Assembly (NCBI GenBank): GCA_951406725.2
Contig: OX597819.1
Coordinates: forward strand, 8,122,001 to 8,186,000
DNA: 64,000 nucleotides
Direction of reading: 5' to 3'
Origin: Octopus vulgaris
Taxonomy: Eukaryota
Part shown: one piece after another, positions 57,218 through 64,000 of the stretch
Layout of the letters: every line of letters starts with the position of its first letter
How positions within the stretch are numbered: the first letter of the stretch is position 1
Program-made: the position numbers and the translations under genes
Notes under the pieces: generated by a model
What the model was told of the DNA's origin: nothing
Database searches by the model: none
The model's input: only the letters and a program-made list of their open reading frames with translations

Positions 57218-57279
57218 ATGTGTGAGTGTGTATGTGTGTGTGTGTATGTGTGTGTGTGTGTGTGTAATTATGTCAAATC

Positions 57280-57520
57280 ATTCTCAGTGCTATTGGTAAC
57301 ATGTAACCCAGTACAACCTGTTGCACGGTCGGGCCGTTGGTGAGTAAACTGGCAACTCAGCCATACCTGCTTGACAAAGAGGGTGGCTTTCGTTGGGCAC
57401 CCCAGAGGATGAATAGCATACCCTGCCAAAAAGCGGATGAACTCAGTAGAGTCAACAGCCATCTACCTGATAGGAGTGAGAGACACTTTGCTTAGAAATC
57501 TCTCTTGAAGAAGGAAAACT
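57280..57520 (+). repeat. Interspersed repeat, possibly an RTE-type LINE 5' region
   Basis: GC-richer block with a second partial copy at ~34630-34730. The RTE assignment is tentative. Confidence 0.4.
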
Positions 57521-57724
57521 ATGATGTAATACGTGCTACTTCAATTGCATCTAATGGTGTACGTTAGTTCTTTTGTCTAAGTGTGAGAGTGGACTGAGCT
57601 TGTGCAAGGCCTTTCCTCACTTTAAAAAGCTTCAGACACATGCAACGCATGACTTTTTAACATCATTATTGACATCTCTATTACGTATCGCATACTATCG
57701 TTGGCCGTAGCCGGAAAAGCTAAA

Positions 57725-58120
57725 TCTTTATATATAAAAGTGAGGTTGTGTGCTGTCTGTCTCCTACGATTTAGATTCCTAACTACTCCCACATTTTGCG
57801 GTGCAGTTTAACCAAAACCGGGTATCTTACAGTCGTGATTCATATCGAGCCCTTCTGGGTATTAGCGCGCGTCTACAATGAGTCTACGATTTAAAAAAAA
57901 ATTTACCATCATTTTTTTCCATTTTTAATGCATTTTTTCGCTATTATATAAGGGAAGTAACTCTCTAAAAATGTCTACGATGAGTCAACGATTTTAAAAA
58001 AATTTACCATATTTTTTTTTCCATTTTTAATGCATTTTTTTGCTATTTTTTGGCTATAACTCTCTAAAAATGCTTATATAGTTATTTCCCTTACAAACAA
58101 ACGCCGGGCGATACTGCTAG
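57725..58120 (+). mobile_element. Non-autonomous Helitron, family H copy 2
   Basis: A|TCTTTATATATAAAAG...AACGCCGGGCGATACTGCTAG|T: TC..CTAG termini in an AT target; homologous to 29524-30017. Confidence 0.88.
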
Positions 58121-58349
58121 TGTTCAATAAAAAAATTCAGTGATGGAATGATGGCATGTATCAGCGTGAGTGGTAAGCCCTCTGAGCACCTGCTGCAAGA
58201 GGTGCCATAATTGCCACGTCTGTGGAAAAGGAAGTAGATCTTTAGCAGGACTGAAAAGCCCAGTTCGTGTTGATCGTGTTTAAATACAGACAAACTGTGG
58301 CATTGCTCGAAATTGAGTTGCAGCCAATATGTATTTATGCACCAGCATA

Positions 58350-58640
58350 TAAACGTATGTAGCTCAGTTGTTAGAGTGTTTGGTTCATGAATATGTATTG
58401 GTGTGAATGTTTGACTAGGTGGTGCATTGTGTCCTTAAGCAAGGTATTTCATTTCTCGTTGCTTTTACCTGTTATTCTATAATGAATATCTGATGGGTTG
58501 CTGGTTCAGTTCTGTCTCCTACTAGCTATCCCATCAAGGATGTAGAAGCCGTGCCAGTGCCTATGTGTGCCCGCGACTACATATGTACGTAAAGCAAATT
58601 AGCCAGAGCATGACACGTTACCATCCCACAATCCTGAGCA
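58350..58640 (+). mobile_element. Decayed SINE family E
   Basis: GTAGCTCAGTTGTTAGAGTG..TTGTGTCCTTAAGCAAGG resembles the reverse complement of 61100-61434. Confidence 0.55.
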
Positions 58641-59462
58641 AGTGTGTTTGGTAACATGCATATACATGTGTGTGTGTATACATATATACGTGTGTGTGTG
58701 TGTTTGTACCTGTTACTACTTCTGTCATCAATATGGCCCCAGAGTAACAGATGTGCATCACATACGCTGTCCATTATAGCGTTTGTGTGACATTATTCCA
58801 TTATTATGCTTCTTTCATTTTCAAAACTAATTCTAGCTGTGGTTGCTGCACCTAAAACAAATTCTGTGACTGTCGCAGTTTACAATCACATTCACCCCTG
58901 AAACTGTGCAAGTTACTAAAATGATTTACCGGATTCTCACCCGTGGTAATTTTTTTTCAAGAATCTGTGGATACTCCAATATTTATAGATTAAATCGACC
59001 GCAGCACTTGATTTGTAATTTATGCCAACACCGAAAGGATGAAAGACAAGTCCGTAACTAAATACCCCAAGGTATTTTCTCTCATGTTCTAATAATTCTG
59101 ACAATCCACCACTGCTTCAATGGAATTACCATTTCATATATTCTGAATTTAATATTACTTCAGATGGGAATTTACATGTTTTGGCTGTCCATTTAATTCT
59201 ATATACCTTATTTTACACAGCATCCATGTAAAGGTACCAAATTCTTGAAAATTGAATTTACGTTTTATCTATATGTCGAATTACTAATCTGGTAAAGCAA
59301 TGACTTGGTAGAATGTTCAAAGCATAGAATTAAAGTCGTTTCTGTATATATTTTGGCGCCCTGCAATCTGAGTTCAAATACGGTTGACACCATAGTTGTC
59401 ATTCATTTTTTTTTGTAGCCCATAAATAAAGTACTAGTCAAGTGGTGAAGCTGATTCCTCAT

Positions 59463-59626
59463 TTCTTTTTCCTTTCTTTCTTTCTTTCTTTCTTTCCTTC
59501 CTTCTTTCCTTCCTTCCTTCTTTCCTTCCTTTCTTCCTTTCTTTCTTTCTTTCCTTCCTTCCTTCCTTCCTTCCTTCCTTCCTTCCTTTCTTTCTTTCTT
59601 TCCTTTCTTCCTTCCTTTCTTTCTTC

Positions 59627-59657
<31 letters not shown>

Positions 59658-59711
59658 TCCTTCCTTCCTTCCTTCCCTCCTTTCTTCCTTCCTTCCTTCC
59701 TTCCTTCCTTC

Positions 59712-59746
<35 letters not shown>

Positions 59747-59791
59747 TCCTTCCTTCCTTCCTTCCTTCCTTCCTTTCTTTCTTCCTTTCCT

Positions 59792-59839
<48 letters not shown>

Positions 59840-59857
59840 TGTTTCCTTCCTTCCTTC

Positions 59858-59892
<35 letters not shown>

Positions 59893-59935
59893 TCCTTCCT
59901 TCCTTCCTTTCTTCTTTCTGTCTTTCTCTCCTTAC
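59463..59935. repeat. Pure polypyrimidine (CTTT)n/(CCTT)n tract
   Basis: About 470 bp almost entirely C/T. Confidence 0.95.
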
Positions 59936-61099
59936 CTACCTAACACTTATTCCTGTCTACACACACCCATATCCGTACACATGCTCACGCACACACAAAC
60001 GCTCTCTCTGTGCCTGTCTCTCTTTCTGTCTGTCTGTCTGTTTCTCTCTTCATTGCTTTTCTCTCTGTGAGAAACCTCCTCATAACATCTCATTTTGCTC
60101 TATGTATATTCCCTCCCCCACGTCCTGCTCTCTATTTCTTAGCTTCTCTCTTTCTCTCCCTAGGAACAGACTATAACGAAGGAGCCAAGAAGGCAGCTCT
60201 CCCCTCGCAGCCCATTAGTTCTTCCACTATCCTACAGTGGAGACGACAATAAAAATTAATTTGATGAATGCCATAAAAATCCAGTAATAAGCATCGACCC
60301 AGATAAATCCCTCTCTGAAGAGGAAGTATTAGCAGTCGTAGTTTGAATGGTTTTAACATGTATTTTAAAACTAAAGCTAAGACTTTCCAGTTAACAACCT
60401 ATGCAACACATTCCTACACTATAAAAAGATATTTTTCCAGTCAAATAGGATTTTAGCAATGAATTACTTGCTAACTTCCTCTTTAGCAAAGCCGTCAGTG
60501 GAAAAGAACTTACTCAAAGTCATTCAGGACCGGAGTTACATCAACCAGGAAGTGTATGGTTTGTTTCTTGTATTTTCGCTGAGCTCCAAGTGAGTTGTGG
60601 TTGAATTATTCCTCCCATGACTATCACAACTTTTTCATTGTCTACTCAGATTACATTATTTTATGACAGTAGTGTGTGTCTGTGTATGAGTGTGAGAGAG
60701 AGAGAGAAATCGTGAGAGAGAGGCTAAGACAGTGAGACTGGAGGGAAATTTGGCTGCTATCTTTTACAGAAGCGTATGACCTCGCTGCTTTGAAAGATAT
60801 CACAGCATAATTTTAACTTCTCAATGTAGGCTTCTACAGTAAAAAAGCAGAGCGTACTGTTTTTGGGGGGGACAACCAGTAAATAATTTATTGGTACCCT
60901 TATGAAAACCTTATCTCTTTTCATACTGTTATCGCAAAAAATCTAATCATTGATGACATTCCTATTTTTCTGCGTCTGCGACACTGCCATAAGCTAAGTG
61001 TAAATTGTTACTTAACGGAAACGAAACGAGCGTATGAATAGCGTCGTAATCTCTTCTTGCGAGACATTAGTATGTACCCCATAAGGGGAGACTGCGACA

Positions 61100-61434
61100 A
61101 TTCAAACCCCCATCGGCCATGACTGACCATGGGATTGCACCTAGAAAGTTTCCCTCCCAGGCATCAGTCCGGGCAAGGCTGTTTATGGAAGACCAGCAGT
61201 TGCCCATGCATACTGGCCTCCCCTCTACACACCACTGATGTTATCCAAGGGAAAGGCAAAGGCCGATACAGCTTGGCACCTGTGATGTTGCAACTCATTT
61301 CTACAGCTGAGTGAACTGGGGCAGCGTGAAATAAAGTGTCTTGCTCAAGAACACAACACGCAGCCCAGTCCGAGATTCGAGCTCACAACCTCATGATTGT
61401 AAGCTCGACACTCTAACCACTGAGCTATGCGCCT
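61100..61434 (-). mobile_element. tRNA-derived SINE family E with a CORE-like central domain
   Basis: Minus strand GGCGCATAGCTCAGTGGTTAGAGTG..GAGCTCGAATCTC..GTGTTCTTGAGCAAGACACTTTA..CCAGTTCACTCAGCTGTAGAAATGAGT. Confidence 0.8.
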
Positions 61435-61777
61435 GTATGGTATTGTACATACACTAGTTAACAAGAGGCTGGAGGTGGAGAAAATAAAAATTGGACATCT
61501 GAATTCTGTATGTAGATTTGATTATAAAATTAAATGGACGCCTGTAAATGCTCGCTGAAACTGTTAGAAATACCAATAAAATCCTCCTCAAATCCTACCA
61601 GCTTCAGAAAAGGCAAAACACATTGGGTAATACAGTTGTGCGTAGATAAACAACGTCTAAGTAAGTATATTCACGGTTTGAATGTTTTTAATCATAGGTC
61701 TTTTCGAACAGGGTTGACCCTTTGCTAAACAATATTAATAGGGAGTATATAATTATGCGCTAATATCAATTTCCTGT

Positions 61778-61992
61778 GAGGCGGCAAATTTCAAAATCGT
61801 TAGCGCGCCGGACAGAATGCTTAGCTGCATTTCGTCCGTGTTTACGTTTTGAGTTCAAATGCCGCCGAGGTCGACTTTACTTTTCTTCGTTTTAAGGTCG
61901 ATAAAATAAGTGCCAGCTGAGCACTGGAGGCGAAGTAATCAACGTATCCTCTTACTCGAAATTGCTGGCCTTGTGTCGAAATTTAAAACCAA
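61778..61992 (+). mobile_element. SINE family C
   Basis: AATCGTTAGCGCGCCGG..GAGTTCAAATGCCGCCGAGGTCGACTTT..GGTCGATAAAATAAGTGCCAG. Confidence 0.8.
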
Positions 61993-62785
61993 TATTAATT
62001 TACTGTGAATTGCAACTCTTATATTAAATACTAACGCTACGAGCTAAAGCTCTATATTTTGCACAGCACTTAAACCACCATCTTATGACGCTGTTATATG
62101 TGTTGTTATCAATTGGTTGTGGCTGGTAACAACGTAACGATACTATTCCGCCAAACAACATCGATTAAATGTCTAAATGTCTGAGACTGAGTAGTTCTTA
62201 ATAATTTTATGGGCTATTAACCGTAATCTTGACGATGAAGCATTGTTGATATTTTCACGTACATTCTATTATTCAGATTGGTTCAAACTAATCCAGTAAG
62301 TATTGGTGCATGTACAAATAGAATACAGGAGCATAAGAGTGTTTTCCCTTAAGTTTAGCAATACTAATGCCTAGTTTTAATCAAGCAAGTTACTATCTAG
62401 TAACAAGGAATATTTAGTTACTGTTAACAGTCTCTAAATGTATAATTCACAGTTTGAAAAATTGTCTTTTTACCCGAAATTGCCGGTAAAAAGTTATGCG
62501 AGGGACAAAATATAAGCAAATATATGCAGTTTGAGTAAAAGAACAATAACTTAGCTACGGTTACAGGCTATGAAATGATACAACAACAGTCGATCAAAAT
62601 TATTATTTTCAGCTTAGACAGACGGTAGTTTTTTTTTCGTTAGCTGGTTTAACTATTATTGAACTATTCTGCACTGAAATAGAACGAAATGTTTGCAGCA
62701 GATTTGAACTGACTATTTAGACTCAGTAGTCCCATATCTAACACGCTTCGCCAGCGGCGTTTATGTAATATTTCTACTATGAATT

Positions 62786-62829
<44 letters not shown>

Positions 62830-63435
62830 CAAACACACATGTACGTATGTATGTGTGTCTATCTATGTCTATTTATGTATATATGTGTACATATATATGT
62901 ATACGTTTATATATATATATATATATATACTCGTAAATATATATACATTGAAACATAAATATATATCAATAAAAACACATTTCTTTTCAAGAGGGAAGAA
63001 AAAAACAACTGAGTAATAAATAAAATAAAATATATTGTCTATAAATCATTGTGGCAGATAATTAAATTGTTCAATTCTGGTACTGTGTAGTCTCTCTGCT
63101 CTGGCATAGATTAGATCTCTATCTTTATTGGATGGCACTGTACTGCTTTGTGTTGCTCTCAACCTGAAAACTTGGCCCAGTCTTGTACACAAGAATCCTA
63201 TCTCTTTGTCACTGAATGCAGTCATCAGAATCAACAGAATAAGAGAATGATAGAATAGAGACATACTAATAGTTATTTTGATGAAGCAGTTGAAAGGATA
63301 TGTATGTATATTCAAATATATATATATATATATATATTATATGCGCGTGTATATGAATGTGTGTATATTTATATTTATATATGTACACATTCATATACAT
63401 GTACTCATCTGTGTATGTTTAAGAGTGGGGAGGTC

Positions 63436-63469
<34 letters not shown>

Positions 63470-64000
63470 TGCATGTGTATGTGTGTGCGTGTACCGACAG
63501 AGACAGGGGCCAACCAATGAGAAATGTAAGATAGTGTGTCAAAAAGATGCCAACATATTGCAGAGAACTATATTAATTTGTGAGACATCAAAATGTTTTG
63601 GCATCAGTGAATTGTCAATTCTGCTTACTGAGTTTTGCTATTGATAAATTAATTGTAAACCACTCAACCGTGTGTTTTGTTTTTCGTATATGGAGTAATG
63701 TTTGGATGTGATAAACATCTTATTGTTTTTCTTATTATCCAGTTCTCACTTCACCTCTATGACCGGTCTGGGAAATAGACAAAACGAACATATCGAATCT
63801 GCTCTGTTGTCGGTCTTTCGCTCTTCTTGATCAGTGTTGTCAGTGACTATATATTACTTTACAACATTGTTAAACCAAGGTCGAACTGCAAGATACATCA
63901 GTTCTCAGGGGGATTGAACTTCGAAAATCTAGACACACATTTGTCTATTTGTTTGCACATTTACCCTTTTCCAATCTATTTACCTATTCCAGTCCATTTC

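Noticed and set aside
63046-63315. 89-aa minus-strand ORF with a hydrophobic N-terminus
   Set aside because: Starts in a TA-rich repeat with no recognisable family; may be a decayed LINE relic.

Overview
AT-rich, repeat-saturated animal genomic DNA, intergenic or deep intronic. The SINE and LINE families and the extreme microsatellite load suggest a cephalopod, probably Octopus (inference, no database search). I found no intact host protein-coding gene; almost all long ORFs in the track are microsatellite or SINE read-throughs. The window holds Dong/R4-type RLE LINE fragments abutting (TAA)n, Tx1/L1 and CR1 fragments, four tRNA-type SINE families (one with the MetaSINE domain), a 5S rRNA-derived copy carrying a SINE tail, three non-autonomous Helitrons, several MITEs and foldbacks, and Penelope-like remnants. 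The most interesting signals are minimal hammerhead-ribozyme-like motifs in the Penelope-like remnants (one pair inside a palindrome), a domain-scrambled Dong LINE, two inverted duplications over the same RT motif, a candidate 5S-derived SINE, and closely spaced inverted SINE pairs that could be ADAR substrates.
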